The notes: generated by a model not told the origin, from the letters alone. A stretch of DNA of 63,809 nt, filler included, from Cercozoa sp. M6MM (GCA_040357565.1; 11 parts of 11 records of this genome joined end to end with filler, not necessarily neighbours in it), one strand, 5' to 3'; numbered from the whole stretch's first letter, positions 49,101-61,772 are shown. Program-made: numbers and translations.

Positions 49101-49307
49101 GAGTTTCTTCTCAAAAGCACCGCGAAAATTGGTCCCGTCGTTGGTGTCAATTTCGTGCCTGACGGCTCGCGCTTCACCATCGGTGCCTTGTATTTGCCTT
49201 TCCTACTTTATTTCTGGACTCTTGGATCTGTTGAGATAGTCACGCGGAGTCGCATCGGACTCAATTGGAAGATTCCCTGGTGGCAAAAAAACTTGCCTGC
49301 TAAATGA
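46101..49307 (+). CDS. IFT144/WDR19-like WD40 propeller with an approximately 400-aa disordered N-terminal arm; C-terminal part of IFT144 absent
   Basis: DVAWS..GGWLAV; LKWNLNG..VVVWNS; FAEWS..LAVLGT..LLLLNTARRKLTVL..GAVW..LAVATDDDVVSV; MLFKQKYGDLLAHFWLDDSHLLVAFVTGRL; VNFVPDGSRFTI. These run colinear with the recalled first propeller of WDR19. Confidence 0.7.
46700..46900 (+). repeat. Coding 15-nt minisatellite (GGAGCCAAGTCGAAA-like) encoding EPS(R/Q/L)(K/M/T) repeats
   Basis: ESPSRKEPSLKEPSLSRKEPSEKGPSQMEPSQMESSRMEPSRTEPSRKEPSLSRK. Confidence 0.9.
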
Positions 49308-49540
49308 CTGTCCAGTCGACCACTAGGTTTCAGTATCTTCAGTTCAGTTGTCGTTTGACATTCGCGTCGATCAGTTTAAAGTACTTCAGCGTCATTTCAG
49401 CAATTCAACAGTGAACCTGTGCTGGCGCTCCGATGGGGATGCGAACTGCAATACCGTTGGTAGTGATTGTATACAGTACTGTACGGTTAGTCTGTAATCG
49501 GTTTGTCCTTCAGGCTGCAGGGCAGAGGAAAGAGTTCAGT

Positions 49541-51363
49541 TCAGTTGCAAGACAGCGCGAGATCAGTGACGGTGAGCGAGGCCGTATTGGAGCCAAGCAC
49601 GGTGCCACGGTCGCGTCGAAAGCGAACGATCAGTTGGAGGTTGGACTGCGAGTCGCCACACGTGCGCGACCTATGTATAGTCAATTGTTTCCAGTTTGTT
49701 TTCCATCGGTACTTTGTTTCGTTGGAAGAAGAATAAGTTTACGCAACAGCGTTCAAAGGCAGCGTGCCTGAAGTTGTTGTCGGAGGGGCAGTTGCCTGTA
49801 CAGGTAGTTTGGGAGGGCGATAAGGGCAACATGGTCAAGATGTGTACGCAGATCTTACAGTCTGCACGGAGAGCAGGGTGCGCTCTACGCCATTGCAGCA
49901 GCGCCACAGGAGGTCGAAGCCGTCAAAAGCATCCTGTGGCACCGACCACGCAATCGACGTGGCCGTCGCCGTGCATTGCGCGTTGGCGTTGACCGTGAGG
50001 GGCGGCGACAGGAACTCTGCGAACCCGGTGCTGGAGTCACCGGTCGACGACAGACGCGCTGCGAACTGCACCACGTCGGTGGCGGCGCTGCCGTCTCCGG
50101 TCAGAGTCTGCGAGGCCGAACTGGTCGCCTGTCGCATCAACGCATGTACTTGTAGTTTGTGAACATTCATAGTTTATGTATTTATATATATATATATATA
50201 TATATATAGATATATATATATATATATACATAAATGGATACACAATATGGCAATAGAAATGTATAGATAATGTACAGTAGATATATGTATCTACGGTAGA
50301 TCATGTGCCGTACCTGCGTGGTCCAACGTTGCGAAGAAGAGACGCCAGATGCCAGAAAGTTGTTCGTCGCGTTGTCAAAGTCGAACGTGTTCGGCAGCGA
50401 CGACGACTGCGTCAGAGGCGTCACGCACCACGGTGTCAACTGATTCGGCGAGTCAAGTATACCTGTACCACAGTTTAGACAGGGCATGTTGTAAACATAC
50501 TGTAGGAGTTGGTGTTGCTGTCGCTGTTGGCGCAGGCACGTCCTATTGTGCAAAGTCCTGCTGTACAGTCAGACGGAAGGGGACAAAACTGGTAAGCTAC
50601 CGGAGCACTCAGCTGCAGCTGCAGAGCGTCGATCCTGCCGTTCAAGTCTTCGATGCGCTGCAGTGCGACCCCACTCATCACCAGGGCAGCGAACAACCCA
50701 CCTGTGTGTCATGATACTGGAATAGACATACTACACTAATTAGAGGTTTACGCTACAAGTGGTGTACCGATCAGCAGCAGCACAAAGGTGACGACACCGC
50801 ACTCAGTACGTAGCCAGCGAGTAAAGTAGTCGTACCACTTGAGTTTTGGTGTCGTGCATGGCACGTTCACGTCGGGAATCACCGGAAAACCAGTGCCCCA
50901 CTGTGCGCACTATCCAACAAAGACTGGAGTTTTTCAGATTCCATCCGACGGCACGTTGGCACTTAGTATTACCGGTTGTGCGCAAGGAGCACACCCACTG
51001 CTGGCTTGCATGTCGAACCCTAGGCCTGTGGCACACTGCCGCGTTGGTGTTGGTGTGGGCGCAGATGCTAAAGTCACAGTTGTGAACTTGAGACCTTGGC
51101 AGGCAGAACCAAAATACGAAACACGCCGCCAAAGCCGTCTTGCATGCCCGTTCTCTGACTTCACGTTCTCTCTCAATCTGCTGACTTCTGCCGAAACTTC
51201 GACTCTCCTCTCTCAGTCTACTTCTTCTGCTCTGACACACTGACACTGGCAGTAACACTGCTCCGTCATACAGGCAGCGTACTAAAATGGGCGTTAAGGC
51301 AACGCACAGAGTATTTCTGGCGCCTGCTGGCATGCCGCGGTAGCTTACCTCTCGGGCTGACAT
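49541..51363 (-). CDS. Hypothetical type II membrane protein (single TM, short coiled coil, Cys-rich linker, beta-rich ectodomain)
   Basis: Spliced RWLRTECGVVTFVLLLI/GGLFAALVMSGVALQRIEDLNGRIDALQLQL..FCPLPSDCTAGLCTIGRAC../..FAEFLSPPLTV../..LQLIVRFRRDRG..LTVTDLALSCN-stop. Confidence 0.6.
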
Positions 51364-51900
51364 GGCGCGCCGATTAAGTGCTGGCGCAACGTAATAATTC
51401 TCCTTTAATTATATTAACTGTACTGCATGTTCGCGAACATGCGCGACGACTGCACAAGAACGCACGAACACGACAAAACTGTAACGAACCGAACTGAAAC
51501 GCAGACTGTATGCATCACGTTCAATCTTTCATTTCGCGAAGGCGAAGTTGCAGCAGCGGCGCAAAGTCATCTGGCTCGCAGTCAGCTGCCAGCGCGCGCT
51601 GATACACGGGCACCGACTCGTCCAGTCCGCCATCAGAGCCACACAGACAGCGCAAATTCTCTCCGATGGTTCTACATGGACAGCAAAGTACCAGTTGACA
51701 CTCGGCGAGCCAACTGAACTTACACTTGCATATCGAGCGATGAGTTGCCGAGGAACCACTCAAACTGTTCAAGCGACTGCTCTCCGTGTCGTCCAAAACT
51801 AGCCAGATATTTGCGTACGACCTCGTCCATCGAGTCCTCATCTACAGTTTACAGTTAAATCGGAAGTCAATTTAAAGTGCGGGCAACAGCGCAACTAGGC

Positions 51901-52583
51901 ATGAATATAGTACCACAGACACACAAGCGTTGCGTCAATCCGGTGAGTTCGTTGACAATGTCGACAGTCCAAGCACGAGCCGTAATTGTGCCCACATAGC
52001 GGTGCTTTTGACGCCACCACTCCTTGTCCCTCGTCGTGTCTAAAACAGGATTATCTTCTTCACGCCTTCATACCAGTTCGCTACAATGCGCAACAAGAGG
52101 CCAACCTTCAACAGCAGGCACAAACGAGTACTCGCCGAGAACTGGCACTGGCAGCATCGACACCTCGTGCCTTCGCGTGAGTGCTTGCAGTGTACCCTCT
52201 TCGTCACATCCGCTGAACGTGTGCGAGATGTCGTGACCCTTCAGTACACAGTTGCAATTGCGAATGAACAAGGGGAAAAACTCAGACGGCAAGGAACGCA
52301 TCATTTCTAACAAAAAACCAGCACAAACCGCCATGTCGCGCAGCCATTGACTTTGCTTCGGATCGATCGAGATGCGAGCATCGCTAGGCTTCAGCCCAAC
52401 CAAATCGCTGACGTCAAGAACACAACCGTGGGCGGTCACAAGCCACTGCCCTGCTCAGGGCGTAAAACAGACACCGGTATTCAAGTCACTGCAATCTTGG
52501 AGGGCGGAGTTTCAGTTGATCTCACCATCGGCGAGCGAGTCGAGCACTTCCTGTCGCGTCCAGACACGCATAGCATACTTTGA
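51901..52583 (+). CDS. Hypothetical protein
   Basis: Coding-like exons ending LTLLRIDRDASIARLQPNQ..TIGERVEHFLSRPDTHSIL-stop. 5' structure uncertain. Confidence 0.35.
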
Positions 52584-52836
52584 TAGCACCAAGCCCTGAC
52601 AGCCAAGTGCAGCGTTCGTTTTTTGAACTCAACCGCGCGGAAGCTGCCGAATCCACGTGACGGGGTTCGCTCATCGAGAGGGCAGTCTCAGAAAAAAGAA
52701 AAACGACACAATTGGTGAGTGTTAGAGCGAGCAGCCGTGCACAAGCGGCACTCTGACCTGAATAACGCGTGGTCGAGTGCATTCGAGTCGCGCTAGTGCT
52801 GTCACAGCTGGGTTGTTTGAAGAGCCAGCTTCCAAC

Positions 52837-55801
52837 ATGTCGCGGACGTGCCCTGAGTGCAGCGCGAGCGAGCCCAGCGGCGATTTCATCGCCTACAGCC
52901 AGAACAAGGAGTGTACGCAATGTTTCCATGTTGTTTCTCTTCCTATTACATGTGTTGCTTTAGTGCTGTGCTCTTCGTGCGGTTTCTCGGGAGAAACGGC
53001 GTTGTTTGAAGGCGGTGCAGTGCAGGTACGATAGCAAACAAGTCTGTTTGTGTGCAGATAAATGCGAACGAGTTGCTTGTGGTGCAGAAGGAACAGAAGG
53101 ACCCAGCGACGCCGTTGCTGAACAGTAGCACGCTGCGCAGCTTTGGCATCTCGGGCGACTCGGGCGATGAGTTCGAGCACGTGCCGAGGTGGCTTTGCCT
53201 TTTTACTCACCTTCTTACTCCTCTTCTTTCCCCCTTCTTACCCCCTTCTTACCCCCTTCTTACCCCTCTTTATATTTTCTCTTTATCCTTTAACCCTTAA
53301 TTTCTTTATGCTTTGCCCTTTACCCTCCCCCCGCAACAGCGATGCGACAGGCGATGTGACAGGCGTCCAGGTTGCTGCGTACCCTTGCTTTACCCCCTGT
53401 TACCCCCTACCCTTGACACTATTTACACCCCATATTCCGACCCGTACTGTAGCGATATTGCAATACGCCGACGGTCAGTGTTCGCATTCGGCAGTGAGGA
53501 CATTGCGCGCATGCATGCCGTGCTGGGGCGTAGTTTACCCCCTCCCTTTACCCCTTAACCAGCTTACCCTTACCCCCTTAACACTTACTCCCTTAACCCT
53601 TACCTCCTTAACCCTTACCCCTTAACCCTTACCTCTTAACCCTTACCCCTTAACCCTCACCCCCTTATCCCTTACCCCCTTAACCTTACCCTCTTAACCC
53701 TTACCCCTGAACCTCACAGAGAAGGAGGAGGACGAGACGGCGCAGAGCGTCGCAGTGCACGCACTGGCCGTCATTGCTCTCGTGGACGCGCGCAACTTTC
53801 TGTCACTGCCGTCGGTAGCCTTAATGATACCAATGCAGCCTTAAGTACAAGGGAACCTGTCCATTTGTACGCAGCATCCGGACCTACTGCCGGATCGGCA
53901 GAGAAGGAAACTGCGCGAGTGCGTGTCGCTGTGCGCGCGACGACTGCCGCAGTTGTGCCGATCGGCGCAGCATCGTGCCGCTGCTTTCGGTAGTGCTTTA
54001 CCCCCCCCCCCACTTTACCCCCCTCCTTACCCTCTCTTTACCCTATCGTAACCCCCTCTTAACCCCCGTACGACTACAGCGTTCGCTCTGTTGGAGCACA
54101 AAGCAGCGGAACAAGACAGCGCCGTCGTTGAATTGGGCGAACAGGTTTACCCCCTTACCCTCTTACCCCCCTTTGCCCCTGACCCTTGACCCCCTAATGG
54201 ATATGGAAGGTGTTGGCACACGTGACGGACTTTGACGAAGAGACGCAGCGAGCCGAGCCGAAAGACGACTTCACGTAGCTTTACCTCTCCCCTTTTATTC
54301 CCTCCATTTTACCCCCTCCCCCCCCCCATTTTAACTCCACTTTACCCCCATATTACCCCCTGTGTACCCTTAAAGCAACGTGCTGGAGGACACACCGCGG
54401 CACGTGCAGTGCATCCAGCGCGTGCTGCACGGAATGTCGCCAGTACCGATGCGTGATTTGGACGATGAGTCGGCTTCGTCGTTCCAGGTTTGCTTTACCC
54501 CCCTCGTCACTCCTACCCCTCTTCACCTCCTACCCCTCTTCAGCCCTCCCTTTACCCCTCCTACCCCCTTTCTTGACCCCCTTTCTTGACCCCTTTCTTG
54601 ACCCCCTTTCTTTACCCCTCTCTTCACCTCCACTTTACCTCGTCTGGATCCCTCCTATTAACACAGACGGAAGTGCCGCCGTTGCCGACAGTTTCACCTC
54701 GGAATTCCGAAAGCGCCGAAAGCGACGCTGTTGGTGTTCTCGTCTTTACCCCTCCCCACCCTTTTAACCTTCCTGGTTACCGCTTTTTTAATCCCTCTGT
54801 TTCGCTCACACTTACTTTCTGTTTATCCCCCTATTTATTCCCCTACTTACCCCCTTCCCCCCTGTTTACTCCCTCCGTACTATCAGACATGAACGTGTCC
54901 ACACTGGATGTGGCTGTTTTGGAGAGCGAACGCGACCACATGGAGCAGCAACTGCGCCAACTGCACGCTGAGAGTAGGCTTTACCCCCTCCTTTACCCCC
55001 CTTTTACCCCCTTTTACCCTTCCTTTCCCTCCTTTTACCCCTTACTTTTACCCCTTACTTTTACCCCTTAATCTTTCCTTTTACTCTCCCTTTAACCCCC
55101 TGCAGATAACGCGTTGCGCGAAATGCTTGAAAGCGCGATTGCCGAACTCGAAAATCGACACGGTCACACGACACGCGAGATCGACACTCAGGTGACTTTA
55201 CCCCCTTACCCCTTCCTCGGCAGGTTGCTTTCTACCCCGGTTTACCCCCTCGTTTACCCCCTTCCCAGACGAGTCAGGACGACGAGGCGAAACGGCGCGC
55301 CGAGTGGCAGCTGCTGCAGCGGCAGTTGGAGCGACTGCAGCAACAGAAGCAGGTTTTAACCCCTCTTTACTCCTCTTTACCCCTTTTTAACCCCCTTCTT
55401 ACCTATCTATTTACCCCTATTTACCCCGCTATTTACCCTTTCTTACCCCTATTTACCCCCCTATTTACCCTTTTGTTGCCCCTATTTCCCCTATTTCCTC
55501 CTATTTACCCCCCTATTCACCACCCCCCCCCTATTTAACCCCCTATTTTCCCCCTCATTTACCCCTATTTTCCCCCATTTACCCCCCCTCCCTCCCCTAT
55601 TTACCCTTGTTTCAACCTGCAGGAGGCAGAGACGCAAGTGGCCACTTTGACGGCACAGGTAACTTATCCCGCTTTTATCCCCTCTTTCCCTCCTCTTTAC
55701 CCCTTTCTTATCCCCTTCTATGCCCTCCCTATATACCCCGTAACTCCCTTGAGTAGTTGACAGAAGTGACGGCTGAGGCAGAGACGGCAAAAACGACTGC
55801 C
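52837..55801 (+). CDS. Hypothetical protein with N-terminal CxxC motifs and C-terminal coiled coil, 3' partial
   Basis: MSRTCPEC..LCSSCGF; in-frame chain of short exons separated by C-rich introns; coiled coil LESERDHMEQQLRQLHAE..LREMLESAIAELENRH. Confidence 0.65.
53530..53719 (+). repeat. Intronic telomere-like array (CCCTTA/CCCTTAA/CCCCTTAA variants)
   Basis: 190-nt GT-AG intron filled almost entirely by TAACCCT/TACCCCT units. Confidence 0.85.
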
Positions 55802-55927
55802 GTAACTTTAACCCCTTTTACCCCCCGNNNNNNNNNNNNNNNNNNNNNNNNNNNNNNNNNNNNNNNNNNNNTTAATTAATTAANNNNNNNNNNNNNNNNN
55901 NNNNNNNNNNNNNNNNNNNNNNNNNNN

Positions 55928-55968
<41 letters not shown>

Positions 55969-55974
55969 GGATAG

Positions 55975-57274
55975 GCCACGTGCTGGACCTCGGCGTGACC
56001 GAGTGCGTATCCTCTGTCGAGTTCTACGCGCAGGTCGGCGACGGTACTGCCTGTCTCTACCCCTCCCCTCCATCGCGCGTGCACCCTTTACCCCCGTAGA
56101 TCCACGTCTGGACTATGTTGAGAAGATCGTGGAGCAGGCGCTCCAGGAGCCTGTTGCCGGTAGGGACATGTTTGACCTCCGTCTCTACCCCCGTTATTCC
56201 GGTACTGTAGTGGACGCCGACAAGGTCAAGAAGGGCTCACTGGTGCTTGCCGAGTTTGAGGGTACACTGCAGTTTTACCACTCTCGTTCACTCCCACTTT
56301 ACTCTGTTGCGCCAGGCGAATACTGTCGTGCCAAGGTGGTGCGCCGCTCGCGCAATGCGTACAGCTGCTGCTTTACTCCCCTGTTACTCCAGTGGTTGTG
56401 ATACCCCGAAATGCAGTGACTCGGGCGAGTGGGACTACCACGTGCAGTACGTCGACTACGGCAACCTGAGCACGCGCTGTCTGGTAACAGGCTTCCCGCT
56501 TTACCTCCTGACTCCTTTATCCTTCTCCTCCGTGCGTAGGCCGAGTTGCAGGCGCTGCCGGAGAAGTTGTCGCTGAGCAAGGTGCCTCCGCTGGCGCGCC
56601 GCTGTCTGCTCGCTGGTAGTCTTTGCCCTCCCCGCACGCACCCTTACCCTGCCCCGTGCACAGGCTTGAGCTGTCCGTCGGCGGCCACGGGCGAGGACGC
56701 GCGTTTCGCTCTGTGCGACCTTGTGCTGGACCAGCGTCTGCAGTGCACGGTGCAGTTCGTCGCCAAGGACGGTAGTTCAGTCGACCCCTGCCCCTCCCCG
56801 TTATTCTCACTCGTCTGTGTGATAGGTACGCTGCACCTCACGTGCCGTACTGCCGAGGACACCGACGTCTCCGAGGTACACGCACACATACACACCTTAC
56901 CTCGCTTGCATTCCTGTATGCAGAACATTGTGGCTGGCGGCTATGCCTGCGTGAGCGACAAGACGCGCAGCGAGTTCCGTCAGGCGCCGTGGTTCGCCAC
57001 GCTGCAGGAGGTCAGTCTGTTACTTAACCTCCCCGTGCCCTTATTGTTACCTCTTTACCCGTACAGGCTGAGCGCTGTGCTGAAGCCGACAGTGTCGGCT
57101 ATTGGGTACCTACAGTACAGTACATGTGTTGCGTGTGCAAGTGGTGTATGGTACGATGAGTGTGCACAGTACACGGGCGACTGGCGCATGGATGCTGTGA
57201 CACCGCCCGAGTCGCTCGACACGGAGGAGACGCCGCAGCGCCGATCGCGCGGTCCGCACGGCAAGCGCCGCTGA
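55975..57274 (+). CDS. SND1: Tudor staphylococcal nuclease (Tudor + SN5 C-terminus), 5' partial
   Basis: VTECVSSVEFYAQ; KKGSLVLAEFE/GEYCRAKV; YHVQYVDYGN; LQALPEKLSLSKVPPLARRCLLA; NIVAGGYA; LQE/AERCAEADSVGYW..GDWRMD. Confidence 0.85.
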
Positions 57275-57931
57275 TCGCAACTGAAAATGTCTGTCGTATG
57301 CTAACTTCGCTTCGAATAGGACGGTTAATTTTTTGTTTGTATACTAGTTTTTAATTTGGCTTCGCGCCGCGAACGAGGGTGTGCAGTGCGCTGGCACGCT
57401 TTTTTGCACCCCCGCGCGCAGCGCAAGCCAGAGGCACTGTCACCACGTCGTCTTGCTTCGAGAGCTGCTATAGGTAGCGTTGTGGCGACATGTGCTGCAT
57501 AAAATTGGGGAAGCTGGTCGTTCTGTCACTTTGTCCGTGGTTTTAAGATTCCAATTGAAAATTGCAAAACTGCATTGAAAGTGCATTTTACGGACGTATT
57601 CGCGCGGATGGGAGGAATAACAAAAGTAGTATCGCGGATTTATCAGAGTCCTACACGTTAGCGTGCGAAACCGGTGTTGCACTACTGCACGGAAATTTAC
57701 TGATGCGGACGTCTCCAAGTCCGGATCAGACGTTTTCGTCTCGCCCTTCGACTGGTACCTGTCTGACACTTGAATCGATGCGGTTTTGCTTTGCTGTGGT
57801 TCTTAGTTTGCGTGCATAGAAGAAGCGGATCTCAGCACAAGGGAGTTGCTGCGAGAGTCACCCGCCGAGCTGCACCCGCGGCGACTCGCTCTGGTAAACA
57901 CTGGCTGGTGTGCCCAGGCGTCCAGGGCCGC

Positions 57932-58593
57932 ATGCTGAGTGAGTCAAGTCGGTTCAATCTTGCTTCTTGTAAGTCAGGGTGATGCCTTGTGTTTGTCGCC
58001 GACTTCAAACCACCCACAATCACCACACTTACAACAAAATGGTAATGCTTGCGAGGCAAGTGCTTCGTATCCAGACTAGCGTACGATTCACTGGGAATTC
58101 AGCACTCGAACGCCAAAGCAACGAAACGGTGAAAGGTGAGATCCAGGCGACATTCAAGGCGGCCTTTCCTTCCGACAGTATCAACAGCGCCAGGAACTTC
58201 AGGGTACCAACACGCATGTATTTTCCTGGTGGTCCGACAGTGTGCAACGCAAGTTCAGATTTCGAGTGCATCGACCAATACATCGCATCAGCAGCAGGAA
58301 GGTTTGTCGGTGTCAGCCTCACTTGCCCAGAGTCGCATCGTCATACAGGTGCAGATATATTCACCAAACACTGACGGACACGTGCGCACAAGTAAACTCA
58401 ACGTTCGTATGTTTAGTCCCTTCGGGAAGAGCTCGAGAACGAGCGGCAGAAACTGCGAGAAACCGAAGCAGCTTTGATTGAAGGTAGTGCTACAGTAATT
58501 TAGGCCTCGCTCTGGGGGGGGGCGTAAGGTCGACACCTTTAATCTGCAGCCAGAAGAGAGAGCACATCACGAGCACTTCGTGGCGATGCTGTG
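57932..58593 (+). CDS. Hypothetical coiled-coil protein, 3' partial
   Basis: Short exons including LREELENERQKLRETEAALIE/ARRES..; breaks at the (CA)n contig end. Confidence 0.4.
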
Positions 58594-58635
<42 letters not shown>

Positions 58636-58735
58636 NNNNNNNNNNNNNNNNNNNNNNNNNNNNNNNNNNNNNNNNNNNNTTAATTAATTAANNNNNNNNN
58701 NNNNNNNNNNNNNNNNNNNNNNNNNNNNNNNNNNN

Positions 58736-58775
<40 letters not shown>

Positions 58776-58801
58776 GCTAACGCTTGCTATCATTAAAACA
58801 G

Positions 58802-60289
58802 ACTTTGCGGATCTTTGGCAATTTTCAAGCTTTGTACATTCCAACACTTTACGTCTTGCTGACTGCCATGAGATGCGAATCGGGTATTTTCAACTGAACT
58901 CAAGTGGATTCTAATTGAGACCGAAGCTGACGGACGCTTTGTGTAGATTTACTGTCAGACGATGTAGCATGCAACACTATGAGACCTTTTAGTATGTTTC
59001 AACATCTCAAGTTGATTCTCACCCCTGCGACCTGATATTGTATATCTGTATACCTTCCCTAACTTAGTTGCGATTTTCGGTCTGCTGTTTGTCGTGCTTA
59101 CGTGTCTTTTCACGATGTCAATGTATTTTATTTTTTCTTTTACTTTTACTCCTGCTAATGTGCGAGGCATGTCGTAGGTTTGATTCCAACTTGCGCTCGT
59201 TACACCCTCTAGCGAGACATGTGAGTTTGTTTATTTCACTGGGTCAACCTTTAACATTGAAACGATAAATGAACATGATCATCTGCGTGTGCTATTGTGT
59301 AGGACGCAAGATCTGATTTGCTTCGCTTGTTAGTACGTACAGCATTGGTTTGTTTCTCTGTTTCTCTCTACGGCACTAGAATTATGCACCTACTCGACCC
59401 CCGGTGCTTTAGGTTGTGCAAGCCGTCTTGATTCAAGGTAAATCTACGAGCAGTCAGGCTGTTTTGCTGTGCGAATGTAGGCGATGCTCATGCTTACTTG
59501 TCGAAACACCCAGACCTGACAGTGTCGCTGGTCACTTGTGGTTTCGCGTCTGTGCTCCTCATTGGAGTATACGGTCACAGATTGCCCTACTTTGACGAAG
59601 GCATGATGCAGCTTCGACTTGCGTCAATGTCACTCTTTGTTGGTTGAGCTATCTTCCCAAGCTATCAGGTGCTGGATATGGTCTGTAACTGTAGGGGTGG
59701 GGAACACTATTCGCCATCATCCAGAACAACGCGAAAAGCGGGCAAGGAGTAATGTGGGCTTTTGGTACCTGCTCTAAAGAAAGCTAAAATGGGAAGGGCT
59801 ACGGGCTAAATAGTGCTGAGTGCTCCGTTTGTCTGCTTTTCCGCGAAACGACTCGTCTCGTGGCGTTTGGCACGACTGGAAACCGCGCCAATGGACGCGA
59901 TAGGACGCGCAGCGGAGATGCTTGTCAAAATTCGTTTGATCATTCGCAATTGTTTTAAAGAAGAACACGGTGCGGACGCAGTGAAAGTTGGCGGTGACCT
60001 GTTTGATACCGCATGCGCAAAATTCCCTCACAGTTGCTCAGTCTGGATGGGTAAATTTAGATTGCGTTATAACACTACTGTCGTAACATGTCTTTCTGTT
60101 TAAATGCCGTTGTCTCAGGGAGAGCTCAGTTCATGCTCACGATATGCGAAAACGATCACTTGAGTTTGCGGTTCTTGGATATCGCTGGAAATCTCCACCC
60201 ACATTGTAATTTACAAATTTAAGTTGTGATTTTCCCTTTTAAAATGATCTTCGGCCCACTGCGTGCGCGTGCGTGTATATGTGTGTAAA

Positions 60290-60338
<49 letters not shown>

Positions 60339-60348
60339 NNNNNNNNNN

Positions 60349-60397
<49 letters not shown>

Positions 60398-61772
60398 TGG
60401 ATCACGAATTCACTCTTTATCGCATCAAACGCCTTTTAGAAGGTGCACGCGATTTGCTTTTCCGAAACTTGTGACCACCCGCATATGCGACGCTCTCAAC
60501 AGACAATGTGGCCGAAGGAGGGGCTGCTCTAGTTTCTTATTTGTCAAGTGAAAAATATTTGGGTATTGTGGCACTCACACTCGTACAAATACTATACCGT
60601 TGTATGATTTTACTTTTATCCGGTGCTGTCACGAAGCGGACGCTCACAGTGCCGATATGCATTGTTGCAGCAGCCTGGAGGAGTTTTGGAATGAACTGCA
60701 GCGACGCAAGCCTCACGAGCCACGGCTCATGGCCCTAGCACAGAATGTCGCACATTTCTCGGAATTAGCCGATTCAAACTACCGGCGTTTGATGAAGTTA
60801 TCTGGCAAATCGTCGAGATTGCTGATGGACTATGGCGGTTAGTTGCAACCTAGAAGAGGCTTGATCAAGTTTTAGTTCGTTGATTTGGAGTTTGGTTTTA
60901 GGCTTCCTTCGGGACGTCGTAAACGACCCGATACGAGCAAATGCAGTAAATTTAAAATTGACATGATCTCTTCAGTTAAATCTAAACTTAAATTTATGGG
61001 GGAAATTTGGTGTGTTATCAAGAATGAAATGAGATTCATTCAGGTTTTGAGCGAAGCCAACATGGTGAATAAGGAGCAAATGGCAGAGGGGGTGCATGTC
61101 GAAGACGACCTCGAGTCAAGACTGTCGGAGCTTGGAGTGATTGTTGTGTCCACCGAGGGCACTATAAAAACTGCCAACAGCAACTTTTGCCGCATTTTTG
61201 GGTGGTCTCGCAGCCAGGTTTTGGGCCGTGACAGTAAGATTTTGTTTATCCATTGATTCCACGGCTAAACCGATACTGTCCTGAGTGTTTTTTCAGTAAA
61301 CACCATAATCCCCGAACCGATTAAATCGAACCATGCCGAACTGATGAGCCGCTACCTCGTCACTGGAATTTCGACAGTGATTGGGCATGTGCGTCGATTG
61401 ACTGCCATCGACTCTCAGGTACAACTGTCGCTTCGCTTGGTTGATCAGCGTTCAGTTTAACTTTTGATTGCTTTCCTCACATCGTAGGGCTTTATACTGC
61501 CAATTCTTATCAAAGTGAAGTCTTTCGTTCATGAAGGTAACTAACTACCTTGTGAATATTTACTGGTATCGTCCAGTTATCAAGATGAATTGAGTGTTAA
61601 CTTAGCAAGAGAACTTCGCTATATGTATAAACTTGCTTTAAATTATAATATAAAGCTGTCCAAACGTTACTGTAAATGAACTTGTCGTAGCGGCATCTTT
61701 GACGCTTTAAGCAACGTCGAGCACAGTCACCACCAGTTGTTGTTTGCTCTCGAGGCCAATACAACTTTCAAG
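58802..61772 (+). CDS. TmcB/TmcC-like multi-TM, helical-repeat, PAS-domain protein, partial at both ends
   Basis: TM exons with LPYFDEGMMQLR; FDTACAKFPHS; EFTLYRIKR; LVSYLSSEKY; EEFWNELQ..ADSNYRRLMKLSGKSSRLLMDYG/FLRDVVN; PAS GVIVVSTEGTIKTANSNFCRIFGWSRSQVLGRD/INTIIPEPIKSNHAELMSRYLVTG. Confidence 0.82.
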
